A DNA stretch of 63,027 bases, counting the filler, from Catajapyx aquilonaris (Eukaryota): NCBI GenBank assembly GCA_000934665.2. It is 4 parts of 4 records of this genome, joined end to end, with 100 filler letters (N's around TTAATTAATTAA, not from the genome) between each part and the next. Parts side by side here need not be neighbours in the genome. Positions count along the whole stretch, not along the records: positions 1 to 15,694 come from JYFJ02007431.1; 3 more parts are not named here. One strand, 5' to 3'. Below, one piece after another: positions 1 through 10,928 of this stretch. Within the stretch, counting starts at the first letter, position 1; each line of letters opens with the position of its first letter. The notes under the pieces were generated by a model. The model did not search any database, was not told where the DNA came from, and saw nothing but the letters and a program-made list of their open reading frames with translations. Both the position numbers and the translations under genes were made by a program.

Positions 1-109
1 TGAGCCCTAACCAGGCCTCGTAGAGCAATATGACCTTCACTTCCATATACTGGTTTTTCACAACGAATCTCGCTACCTGAAGCTTGTGCGCCATTTATCG
101 ACCACCCTG
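1..109. mobile_element. Right end of a Tc1/mariner-type MITE, truncated by the window start
   Basis: Ends ...GACCACCCTG|TA, the same CAGGGTG/TA terminus as the complete MITEs at 12441 and 43285. Confidence 0.5.
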
Positions 110-1043
110 TATATTCTACTATAGTGAAAGCAAGGGCCGTATGGAGCCGCAAGGAATTCCGTACAGGTCTCAACAGTGAACATTCATTTGGACTGTGACT
201 AGGAACGAATAGAGGAATGAATATAAAAATAGAAAGTAGGCTACATGTTTCTCTATTGTAAATAATCAAGCATATTTTAACACACACTTGACACTTGTGA
301 AAATTGAAACTTTGTTGAACATGACAAGGGAATTTTCATTTATTCTTACTATTCTATGGTAAATTTTTTTGAACTATATTATTAAGTGAATTAAACACAA
401 AGGACAAGCGTACACTGCCTGAGACATGAAGACGGACCTAGGTGGGCCGCTCCTTTTCATTCTGGGGGCTTGGCCACTAGCGCAGCGCTCCACGTCAGTA
501 CCTATAGCTCTGGAACCATTTCGTATTCCAAAATTCCGTTTGTACCACTGATAGAGGACACTTCAAGGTGCATTTTGATATCAATGCGATGACATTTGAT
601 TTTGGCATTTTTTTGAAAATGTCATTTGTTTGCAAAAATGTCGCATTTTGACATGAATTTGCACAGCTATCGGAAAGCGACTATTTTTGTCGGAAAGAGG
701 AGACAATTTCACACATGAACCATGTATTACATCATGCATTTACGTTGTCATGTAAATGTAATAGGGGGGCGCCTCTAACTGTGATCCAAGTGCAATTAGC
801 GCCTGTAGATAGGCAACCACGCATCGGCGGACCAAATCATTATGGGAAAGGTCATAACTTGACATGGACTCAAGCATATCTCACACTCATCGACGGGCAA
901 ATTTTTTCGTGCAAAAGGTGGCCGCGTTCACGTGGAATTGCCCACCTGTGAAATTAATTCAGTATTCTTTTCGGTCATTTATGGCAGAAGTATGCAGACT
1001 TCACCCGCGTTATTTTAACTGAATGAAGTAGGATTCTTTAGGC

Positions 1044-1260
1044 CAGAAGTTCTTAGCCTGGGGTGCCCGCACCTCCAGGGGGTGCGAGGTGGCTTCCCTG
1101 GGGGTGCGAGCAAGGTGCACCTCTGGACTTAATCTAACCAAGAGCTAATATCTGGTCTAACTACGAACGTAATCAATCACCCCTGGTAAAGGGGGTGCAA
1201 CAAGGACCCACATATTGTCTACAAAGGGGTGCGGAGGCCCTAAAAGGTTAAGAACCTCTG
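1044..1260. mobile_element. hAT (Charlie-like) MITE
   Basis: TIRs CAGAAGTTCTTAGCC / GGTTAAGAACCTCTG; 8-bp TSD CTTTAGGC (1036-1043) and CTTTAGGT (1261-1268). Confidence 0.85.
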
Positions 1261-1612
1261 CTTTAGGTGTATGTTCCTGGGCTTGGCTCAATTTTGACAT
1301 TTTTGTGTGTTGACCCATTATTGCATAACACTGTCCAATTATCCCTCCGCTTTCGATCACTTCTGTGTAGGTTGACTGACACCAAGTTCAACATATGTAC
1401 CAGACACTACACACGGGTTTGCTGCTATTAATTAATAAATAAATAACATATTTTGATAATCTACGTATGTAAGGCAAAAGAAGAAAATTTGTTTGCCTGT
1501 GGCAACAGAATTTTGTTGGTGATTACCATAGAAACAGGCCTGTAAATGGTTTCAAATTTTGCACTTCCCCCAATTTTTTAATCCAATTTTTTTTATTGCC
1601 CCTTCCCCCAAT

Positions 1613-1739
1613 GTATCTCCACCTTGCCGTGGTGGTGGGCTTTCGTTTTCCCATGATCCTGAAGAGCTATGCCGGCGGTAGTTTCGTCTACTGGTAGGGC
1701 CGCCCAAGTTGGACATGTCTTTGGGACTAAGAGAGATAC
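1613..1739 (+). mobile_element. RTE/Expander-type non-LTR retrotransposon 5' leader fragment (structured RNA candidate)
   Basis: Motif order CCACCTTGCCGTGGTGG...ATGATCCTGAAGAGCTATGCCGGCGGTAG...CTACTGGTAGGGCCGCCCAAG resembles RTE-clade 5' ends as I recall them; GTATCTC/GAGATAC closes the domain; a related copy lies at 56930-57050. Confidence 0.6.
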
Positions 1740-1965
1740 CAGTCTTTCCTCTTTTCTTTTTCCTCTTTGTTTCTCTCTCCATCTGTCCCACCTTTTTGTA
1801 TTCTGATAACCACATAGCCATAGTTGCGTGGCTCCTTATTACGCAAACAAACCAGAATTTTTCCACCCTTCCAGTGCCTACATATGCAAGGGAATGAGCA
1901 GTTTTGCATTTAATATTGCTTGAGATCTAAGACGATTTCGGTGTAATTATCCACGCTCTTTTTTT

Positions 1966-1995
1966 CCCCGTGCGAAGAACGGGTACCGCTGCTAG
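1966..1995 (+). mobile_element. Helitron 3' terminus; possible 5' A|TC end near 1460
   Basis: Hairpin CCCGT-GCGAAGA-ACGGG followed by CTAG|T; a similar remnant GTGCGAATAACGGGTTCCGCTGCTA lies near 46203-46227. Confidence 0.6.
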
Positions 1996-2626
1996 TTTAT
2001 ATATATAAAACCCTGAAAACTACATAAGGTGCCTGGAACGCGGGAAAAAATTAATATCACTTTTGGCTCGAAGGACACAATACGTACTTTCAATACGCCA
2101 CCGTACTAGGAAACCGCTCCCACTTGAACCATTTTGCTCCGCCATCTTGGCCGACTACAGGGTAAGTCCAAGAGAGTTTAACAAGTGCATAACGCTTCAC
2201 ATTTTTTTGAAAATTGGTATACGAGATTCCACAGACTACACTAGTATAATGCGCGATTTTCGGGCGCCTGGGACCAACGGGTCACGTGTGAGGTCAAGGG
2301 GAAAAAAATTGAAGATAGAAAAAAAACGTAACTCTATTTCGCTTCATATCTCAGTATCTATTTGTTCTATCGCAATGGTTCATCGTGTCATTCGAATCCA
2401 AATGGTTGGGGGATTCATAAAACATGATATAAAGTATTTATTTTAAATAATTAGGCAAAGAATTTCAGAGGTCAAATATTTGACCTTTTGACCTGGACAG
2501 TCTGAAATATACACGAGTCTGATATTTAGTACAGTATAGCGGCACCATTACGGACATTTTCCTGAAAGATTTGGGATCTGTATAATTTTTGGTTCAGAGA
2601 AAAAAATTCCAGAACAAAGGCATGTA

Positions 2627-3499
2627 AGGTGAGTCGGGGCAATTCGAGGGGCAATTAGTACGACCCTGTTTTACATATGTTGACTTTGGGTGAGGATTGT
2701 GCTGCTCAGGAAGCTGTAAAAAGATGAACTTACAACCACATGCAGAATAACTAATTCTCTTTTAGTGATCACAGAATCAATAGGTTACGGTTTTGCAATT
2801 GCCTGAAAATTAATTATTCCCGAAACTGTGTCACGGATTTGGCACTTGCCCCGACGTTGGGTAAGTGCGACTACTGGCCTTATCTTTGAAGGAGAGCATC
2901 GGGTAATAGAAATGAGGTAAGTGGCGACTCGGGTAGCAGTATACCTTTCTAGAGTTCTTTTCCGAATCAAAATACCTTTTCCCAGTGTCGAATTATCAAC
3001 TTTCAATGAAAATCTGCATAAGACTTGACGGAATGCCACACTCACACGTTTAGCACACATTTAAACCTGAAAAGTCCAGTCCAAATAGTAATGATCCACC
3101 TCGGTGGTCTTCCTAGGTCGTACTTGCCCCAGTGTCACATTGTCATGGCGACCTAGTGACGTCATAATCTTATCGTTAATTACACATCATCTATGAAAAG
3201 GTCATAGAAAATGCTTCATGACTATGCAAAAATAGAACACCCAGCATGTAGAAGTGTACCTACAGAAAATATCTTCCGACGTTTGTCGATCTTCTTCTGA
3301 AGGTGAGATGTGAGGGTCGCGCGTTCCATCTCCGTCATAGCTATATAAAGCCAGTAACGCGGGAAAATGTTTTTGCCCTACGTTGACCGAAGTCAGGACA
3401 ATCATATGGGGCTATCGTGAAAAGTGCTCCCATACCGTGGCATGATTTTTTTTCCCGAAGTCGCACTTACCCCGATTCGGCACTTGCCCAGACTCACCT
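2627..3499. mobile_element. TA-flanked MITE (Tc1/mariner/pogo-like) nested in the left arm of the 2160-5051 element
   Basis: TIRs AGGTGAGTCGGGGCAA / TTGCCCAGACTCACCT with TA on both sides; the host arm resumes after 3501. Confidence 0.75.
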
Positions 3500-4250
3500 T
3501 ACATCGAATTTCATATTTTCCAACAATTGACCTAATATCCAGCTAATGACAGCAGCTACGAGTTTCATCTTTAGTACAGTATAACAGGGAGCAATTCCAA
3601 ACATTTTCCTGGGGGATCAGATGCCAATAACTTGTGGCAGGTTTCTGTACAAGCAGATTACCCGAAGTGAGGTCACCCTGATAACAATAACAAAAACAAT
3701 ATTACTTCAGCTCTCGAATGTTACAAAGTGACCGAGGATGACATGAAGATGGGAAAACATCACAAGGCTGGATGAAGAATTCCTCCGAGCAGCATCACTG
3801 AGGTAAAAGACGCGTCACTGATTAGTGAGTGATATCCTGCTGAGAATCTTTGTGAACAACTTATGATAACGACATGATCTGCCGAAATCACCAAAATCAC
3901 TTCCATACATGGATGACTTCCGAAGCACTTCAGTTGTTAAAAAATATGACATTCGATGTAGGCTACATGCCTTCTGTTACGGAATAATTTTTTCTCGGAA
4001 TAAAAAATTGGGCGGACTCCAAATCTTTCAGTAAAATGTCCGTAATGGTGCCCTGTTATACTGTACTAAATATTATATCAGACTCGTATATGCTGTCAGA
4101 CTGTCCAGGTCAAAAGGCCAAATATTTGACCTCTGAAATTTTATTCTAATTATTTATAAAATTAATATTTTATTTTATGTTTTATGAATCCCCCAACCAT
4201 TTGGATTCGAATGACACATGAACCATTGCGATATAACAAATAGCCACTGA

Positions 4251-4841
4251 CAAGGGAAGTGTAAGTGTTGTCCGTGGAGTTGCTGAATGAAACTTGGCAC
4301 AATAATATAGGCAGGTAAGTTATTAAAGAAAATGCAAACAATTTAGGCTTATGCCCACAAGGTCAAAAGTTAGGACCTCTCGAACTCACAAGGGACACTT
4401 TCCAAGGTCTCACCGATTTTCTTGAAATTCGGTACATTGCATTGGTAGGCCACCCCAAGGGATGAAAAACGCACCTAAAGTGACCTGCTCAAAATGACCC
4501 GACGCGACGACCCCTTTTTGGGAACTGCCAATGCACCGAATTTCGAGAAAATGGGTCAGTTTTCGGCATTTAAGAGTTGACCTCTGCCCCTCAAAAAGGG
4601 GTCACCGGGTCATTTTGAGCAGGTCACTTTAGGTTTTTCATCCCGTGGGGTGGCCTACCGAATTTCAAGAAAATCGGTGAGACCTTGTAAAGTGTCCCTC
4701 GTGAGTTGGAGAGGTCATAACTTTTGACTTTGTGGGCATCCGCCTAAATTGTTTGCATTTTCTTTAATAACTTACCTGCCTATATTTTATTGTGCCAAGT
4801 TTCATTCAGAAACTCCACGGACAACACTTACACTTCCCTTG
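4251..4841. mobile_element. Fold-back MITE with CAAGGG termini and TGA TSD
   Basis: Largely palindromic (CAAGGGAAGTGTAAGTG ... CACTTACACTTCCCTTG); context C-TGA[element]TGA-G; the opposite host arm shows the empty CTGAG site. Confidence 0.85.
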
Positions 4842-5148
4842 TGAGATATGAAGCGATATAGAGTGACGTTTTTTTCTATCTTCAATTTTTTCCCCCTTGA
4901 CCTCACACGTGACCCGTTGGTCCCAGGCGCCCGAAAACCGCGCATTACACTAGCATAGTCGATGGAATCTCTTGTACTAATTTTCAAAAAAACCAAAAAA
5001 ATGTGGGGCAGCATTCTGGATTTTTTTTGTTGAACTCTACTGGACTTACCCTACAGCGCAGCGCCGATTATAGGCACCCGTGCTTGCGAATATTGCTTTC
5101 AATCGGCCCGCAAGACGCTGTACCCCTTTATGCCGCCATCTTGCCTTA

Positions 5149-5410
5149 AGGCCGCTTCACAAATTCGGCGGAAAGCTGAGCGGGCGGAAAGCGCCGCCAT
5201 CTTGCCTCCTCCAACCGCCTGCTATCCGCCCGCGCGAGTCCATCCAGATGGACTCGAGCGGTTCCCACCGCTCCCCACCGCTCAGAGTTTCCGCCCGCAG
5301 CGTCACCGCCGAATTTGTGAATTGCCAGCGCTCACATTCCGAGTCCCAAAAGCACGCTTTCCGCCAGCTTTCCGCCCGCTCAGCCATCCGCCGAATTTGT
5401 GAAGCGGCCT
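5149..5410. mobile_element. PIF/Harbinger-type MITE
   Basis: TIRs AGGCCGCTTCACAAATTCGGCGG / CCGCCGAATTTGTGAAGCGGCCT; TTA TSD (5146-5148, 5411-5413); partial related copy at about 31372-31484. Confidence 0.85.
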
Positions 5411-5724
5411 TTACTCAGAAGTGGCCGCTAGGTGTCAGCCACTTCTCCCGCGGATCCGATGCACGTGAGAGAAGGGTATACACGTAGGCCTATATACAGT
5501 TGTCAGATACCTACCTTTAATATGCTGCAATCTAAGTTGCATTCAAAAGTACGAAGTTGGAGCAGTCTGAGTTGTAGTGATAGGTTTCCTCGTTTTAATA
5601 AATATTGAAAGTAGCTAAAATATCTTATTATTCCACGAGTTTGTTGTAGAGCAAGAACCTTTGATTCAACTTATCCAGTGGTTCAACGTTCCGCTATATC
5701 CCCTGTATAAATTTTCACCGGGAA

Positions 5725-6141
5725 TTCGTAGTTAATATGAGAAAAGGACGAATTCGATATTTTCATAATTTTACAGGAGAGCCAAAAGAAGCCTGCAAAC
5801 TGCTATATAGAGAAAAGAGGATGCCATGACAAATCTCGCAAAATGGGGATAGTGAACAAAATGTAGTCTACGGTACGTCCCATGATCATGAGGCACATAT
5901 TACGCATGTAGGCCTAATATGCATGAATCAATGACATTGTTGTTCGGAATTCGCCCCTTTTGTCAGCTTTTACTTGAACCAAATGCGACCAGATGATTGT
6001 TGCAAAAAGGACGTATATAAATCGTCCACAATATGGAGAATTCTTTTTTTTCGGGGGTGTCACATAGAATAAGAATGACAAGTATAAGGGTTTATAAGGG
6101 AGACACTTCATAACATGTTACCTAAGTATGAACATAATAAT

Positions 6142-6177
<36 letters not shown>

Positions 6178-6848
6178 TATACCCCGTTATCAGCCATCGG
6201 CTCTTTAGGGGGGAAGTTTGTTTTGCCTGGAACCCTTTGCTTTCATTTTACTGAGCTCTTTGGGATAGGATAAGGACGGAAGGAAGCGACTGTGGCATAT
6301 TAATTATTACGGAAGCAAGTCCGGAATTTTCCTGGAAGGACCGTGGGAAACCACAGAAAACCACTGTCAGAGTTGCCGGCCCCGGGATTTGATCCCAGGA
6401 CCTCGCGATTAGCAGTCGGACACCATATCCCCTCCTCCAAACTGCTTCGGTTCCTAAGTATGAACATAATTGTACGATAAGTGGAGACACCAAAGTTACA
6501 TTTTCCGAAGCAAAATATTTTTGGCTATTGTTAATGTGAGAGGCAGTGGGAAATAAGTAGAGCTCTGAGAGAAATTCTCACTGAAGAATGTAATCTTGGA
6601 AATAACATCATTATTTTACTACTTGTCATTGAAGAGCCGATAATATTTCTGTGGTATTCGTCCTTTTTGTCAGATTCAGAACCTTCGTGATGCTGTATAT
6701 GGCATTTTGATTTCCGGCTCTAAGTCTTATGTCATTTGTCCTATGAGTCCCCCATTTTGTCAGAATGAGATGCAATGCTGCTGTCAGTGGCCATGGCACA
6801 ATTTTGGAAAAAAATGTTGAATTCGTCCTTTTGTCAAATTAACGCCGA
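5725..6848. mobile_element. Degenerate MITE interrupted by a SINE
   Basis: Imperfect TIRs GTTAATATGAGAAAAGGACGAATTC / GAATTCGTCCTTTTGTCAAATTAAC; internal AAAAGGACG-like repeats; no clear TSD. Confidence 0.4.
6139..6452 (-). mobile_element. tRNA(Ser-like)-derived SINE, family A
   Basis: Minus-strand tRNA-like head with CTGCTAA loop and GGATCAAATCC B-box; (ATT)n tail; 18-bp TSD CCTAAGTATGAACATAAT (6121-6138, 6453-6470); second copy at 37592-37893. Confidence 0.9.
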
Positions 6849-7393
6849 TATTATAATTATGAAGAACATGAAAAAAATAAGGCAACAAAAATGATATTTT
6901 CTGAAAAACAGATAAGTGCTGGTTAGCCACAGCGCGTCAAACATCGCTATACAATATTTTGACCTAATACCTCAGCTTGGAATCACCGAAAAAGACGCTA
7001 ATGGTTATTTTCACCAGATGGTTTTTATTACAACTCCAGATACATGAAATTCCGGAATTACCAGGAACTGCGTGGATTAGAGTGATAGGCATGTTAAACA
7101 TGTATCATCCCATCCACGTGGCACATTGGAACATAAAAAGATTTTGGGTGGAAGCAATCCTATCTATAATAATAATCATGGAACCTTTTTTTTTTTTTGC
7201 TGATGTCGATGTCGGTACAGTACCTGAATGATATTTCCTTGCCTCATGTGTGATGTATACTATAAATTGAAAGGTTGTCAGCACAATCATGTGTTGTGAA
7301 CAAGTACAGCATTTTCTAAAGGTACGGTCACTTGATGGTTGGATTAGGATTTGCTTTAACACGTATGTGCAAAATATGTGCATGTGGGTGAGC

Positions 7394-9104
7394 TCATTGG
7401 GGTTGGTCTTCATCTTTGCTGCCTAAAAGCGGCTCTTTGTCGTCGGTGACAGCCTGTTCTTTCACTTCGGCGTCGCTAACAACATATCTGTTTCTGCGGC
7501 CTGACCACAAGAAGGAAAGAATTGACGAATGGCAGCACATGAATCCCAGCTTGTGAGCAATGTAAAATGCCATTCTCTCAACAGCTAGCAGCCCCATCAA
7601 CAGTACTACCCCGGCTGGCAGAACCATCGAAGCTGCTCTGACCAAATCGGCTCCTTCCTTGATTGCATCTACGTCTGATCCGGAGCCGCCCCTAGCCTTT
7701 GGCTCTACTCCAATGATCATTTCCTCCTCCTTCCGCCACTTCTGCAGGTGACCTGATTCGGCCAGACGGGTCATTAGGTTGCCCATCGGTTGTTGTAGCG
7801 GGGAGCCCTTGGGCAGCCCTAGGGCCATAGCCGGTGCAGACTCCGGAGCAGTGCGACCTAGGGTCTGACCCAAAGCTGACCCTGCCGCCTGCAGAGCCTT
7901 GAGTCCTGCAGGGGTGCGGCTCAGATTTGACATGATTTCCGAGCCAATTCCTCCGCAGTACATATCTTGATGCCCGCGTAACGCTGATTGCAGGCATGAC
8001 AGCAAAAAGGCCGCCCCCGAGCCGCCCATAGGTGAGCTCGGTGCAGGTGGTGCTAACATTGGGCCGGCTCCCGGGCCAGCAATTGCAACGATGTAGTCTG
8101 CCCCCGACGCAGACGCTTGTCTCTCCGGTTCGACATTGGGCTTCGCAATGCATGTGATTGAGTGTGCCATGTAGTATATTGCAACAATGAGAGCCAACAA
8201 TAGGTAGAGTGCTGCAAATATACGTGGGGACACGGTGGGTTTCGATGTGTTATTGCGTCGCGACAGCAAGTTGGCAGCCAGGCGGGCAGATGACAGCCCT
8301 TGAGCCGCACTGGGGCCACCTCGCCACATCCGACTCATGCAATGGAATGCCAGTGTGAAGCTGGCCAGTGGCAACAACAGGGCCAGCCATGTTGTGCTGT
8401 CAGCGAATGGTTGCCACAAGCAATTGGTGGATTCCTCGGGGTCTTCATCGAAGCCCTCGACTAAGTGTGTCATTATGGCGGGCCGGTTGCTGCCACCCTT
8501 ACCGACGACAATGCTACTGCTGAAGTCAGCCATCCCTTTGTCGCCGTCATTGTTAGGGGACAGGATCTGAGGCAGCTGTTGGGGTGTCAGTGCGTCTGTC
8601 AGATTCAGGTTGAGCATCTTGGCGGCCAATTCCAGAACCCGGCGCTCCACACCCTGGGCGGCCCCGGGGCGAGGCGACCAAGGACGGTGTATGGTGACCT
8701 TAGAACCATGGAAATCCCTGGTGACATCCGGGAACAGGTTAGCCCCGTTGCATCTGAATCTGACTCCTGGTTCGGCCTCGGGGTTGTAGGTATCCAGGTG
8801 AAGAAGGACGGGCCGACCTCCCTCCCGGCACCAGAGACAGACTCGCTCCAGCGCCAGTTGGCCTCGGGGCAGAGGGTTGATGGCCAGACTGTACTTTGGC
8901 CCCATGGCGCGTTCAACCCAAAGGTAGTCAATCCTAAGGGCCGAATCCCACGTCCACATCAGCAAAGGGTCGCGATCTGGGCGAAATCTGGTTGTAGATA
9001 GACCTGGGGCCGCAGCAGGGCTGTCTCGAAGCCACGTCAACAGATGCCGGACGTTGCGAGTGCGCGTTATCACCAGGTACACGCTGCACGGAGCTGATGG
9101 ATCT
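7394..9104 (-). CDS. Divergent ionotropic receptor (IR, variant iGluR); large terminal exon, 5' end unresolved
   Basis: 562-aa ORF with IR landmarks in order: NLFPDVTRDFHG, GVERRVLELAAKMLNLNL (S1), LWQPF...TWLALLL (M1), RIFAALYLLLALIVAIYYMAHSITCIAKP (M3), ALGLPKGSPL...RLAESGHLQKW (S2) and a last TM helix ending LLAVE; candidate acceptor TTTTAG|A at 9105/9104. Confidence 0.85.
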
Positions 9105-9421
9105 CTAAAATTGTCAGGACAAAACAGCTATTAATTCATTCTGAAACCCAACATAACAAGTAATGGTGAGTCATTCTGGTACAATGGCCGCCAAATGTAT
9201 TGTCCGAAGTTGATGGGTATATAGCGCTGTCCATCGGCAGCGGGAGAACCTGACATGGTGGTGACGATCCCTGCCGCTAATAGAGGCGCGTCGGGAGCCG
9301 AGACTGGGAGGTTGGGGGTCGGGGGGATGGGGAGACCATGCGAAGGAGGGAGACCAGAGAAGAGGGGGGAGTCGTATGTGTCCGGATGGCTCAATGGGAA
9401 AGAGGGACAGTCAGTATTTGG

Positions 9422-9664
9422 CAGGGTTGTGAACCGAACCGAACCCTTGCTCCGTGAACCCGATAACATCGGATCCGCTCCGGAGCGAGCGTCGTCGGAG
9501 CTTGGTTCGAGTTCGAGCGGGTTCAGGAGCAGAGTGAAGCCAAGGTCGGAGCGGGTCCGGAGTTTGGTTGGGAGCTTGCCAGCTTGCTCCGGAGTTTGGT
9601 TCAGGCCAACGGCTCCAGAGCTGAACCCGGTTCCGGAGCGGGTTCGGAGCGGTTCACAGCTTGG
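9422..9664. mobile_element. hAT-like MITE with (GAACC/GGTTC)-rich interior
   Basis: Imperfect TIRs CAGGGTTGTGAACCGAACCGAACCC / GGGTTCGGAGCGGTTCACAGCTTGG; no TSD found. Confidence 0.5.
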
Positions 9665-9735
9665 TTAGGTCATACATCGTACATACCAACTCAACGGGTG
9701 GAAAGGCAGAAAAACCGGTGGATTTACTCCAGCGT

Positions 9736-10177
9736 ATGCGTCATGTTTTCATGCTGCCAGAATGACATTTCCAAGCACCAGCGATACAGGGTGTACAGCA
9801 AATGTCACATTTTCATGTCATACGCATTTGTTGCATGCCGCATTTTTGTACGTTACAATATGTCATAGACATGTTTTGGATGTCGCAATATGTCAAACCC
9901 ATTTTTTGTATGTCACATTTCATGTCATACGCATTTTTTGTACGTTACAATATTGTAACATACAAAAAATGCGTATGGCATGAAAATGTCACATACAACA
10001 AATGCGTATGACCATTAGCTCTTGGTATGACATGAAAATGTGACATCCAACAAATGGGTATGACATATTATTGTAACATACAAAAATGCGTATGACATAA
10101 AAATGTGACATTTGCGGTACACCCTGTATCGCGGGCGCTTGGAAATGTCATTCTGGCACCATGAAAACATGACGCAT
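9736..10177. mobile_element. Fold-back element with an inner TA-CAGGGTGTAC...GTACACCCTG-TA core and internal short tandem repeats
   Basis: ATGCGTCATGTTTTCATG at 9736 is inverted at 10160-10177; the inverted symmetry continues inward. Confidence 0.75.
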
Positions 10178-10237
10178 CGCATTATATTTTATGTTTTATG
10201 TTTTACTTAGATACACGATGTAGTGATTATAAGGTTA

Positions 10238-10578
10238 GGGATGCGGAGTGGTGCTGCGGTAACGTATGCGCCCACGGATGTTAAGGACCCGGGTTCGATC
10301 CCAACCCGGGGACACCCCCTTCATCTCGTGCAGAGTTCAGGGTCACCTCTGGCTTCGTCTCGGGTGGTATTTCCAACAGAAAACCACCCGGGGGAGTTCA
10401 CTAAAAATGGCCACGTTTAAGACATTGCACTGCACCTTGCACATCCCATCCTGTCATCCTGTCCGTGGGCCCGGGCGTTTCGAAAATATGGCCTCACTGT
10501 ACTATGTACAGTACTACAAGTTACAATAAAGGTTCGTGCCGCATACCCCAGGGTCAGGCACTACTCAAGGATTATTAT
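10238..10578 (+). mobile_element. tRNA-derived SINE, family B
   Basis: Head GGGATGCGGAGTGGTGCTGCGG...GGTTCGATCCC; homologous to 27384-27787 (minus strand); short ATT tail. Confidence 0.8.
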
Positions 10579-10928
10579 ATTAATGTAGAGTATATCTGTG
10601 GCGCTGATTCCAAATATGGCATCCGTTTTGCTCCATCAGCTCTAGCTTTTGAGATACGTATATCGTTTTAAAGTTTGGACCGGTTTACTTGGGGTCTTTC
10701 CGAATCAAGCGAGCCGAAATTGTTTTACGTCATCTCGGATCTTGGTGAAAATAATCACGGATGTACAGAAATATGCTGCATATCAAGTTTCAGCCACATT
10801 GCGCAATACCATTGGGAGGGAAAAAATCGAGAAACTTTGAAAATCGCCGAAAATTAGGTTTTTTGGAGAATTATTTTCGATTAGTGGCAGGGATCAAGCC
10901 AATGAATATGAATATGAATGTGATATAT

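Larger units (their letters stand above)
2160..5051. mobile_element. Long-TIR non-autonomous DNA transposon (Sola2-like) carrying two nested insertions
   Basis: Termini GGGTAAGTCCA / TGGACTTACCC; 4-bp TSD TACA (2156-2159, 5052-5055); arms 2160-2626 match 3964-4250 plus 4842-5051 in reverse. Confidence 0.8.

Noticed and set aside
2063..2446. Paralogous small proteins (2063-2446 and 4802-5014; also 31152-31394 and the 10649-13224 pairs)
   Set aside because: The similarity comes from transposon inverted repeats, not from genes.
6390..6452. Genuine tRNA genes (also near 10238, 18170-18249, 27710-27890, 37820-37893, 57634 and 61550-61621)
   Set aside because: Cloverleaves are imperfect and continue into shared bodies with simple-repeat tails, mostly with TSDs; these are SINE heads.
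7692..9001. Overlapping ORFs (153, 88, 77, 178 and 108 aa) within the IR gene
   Set aside because: Shadow frames of a GC-rich coding exon, with no recognisable motifs.
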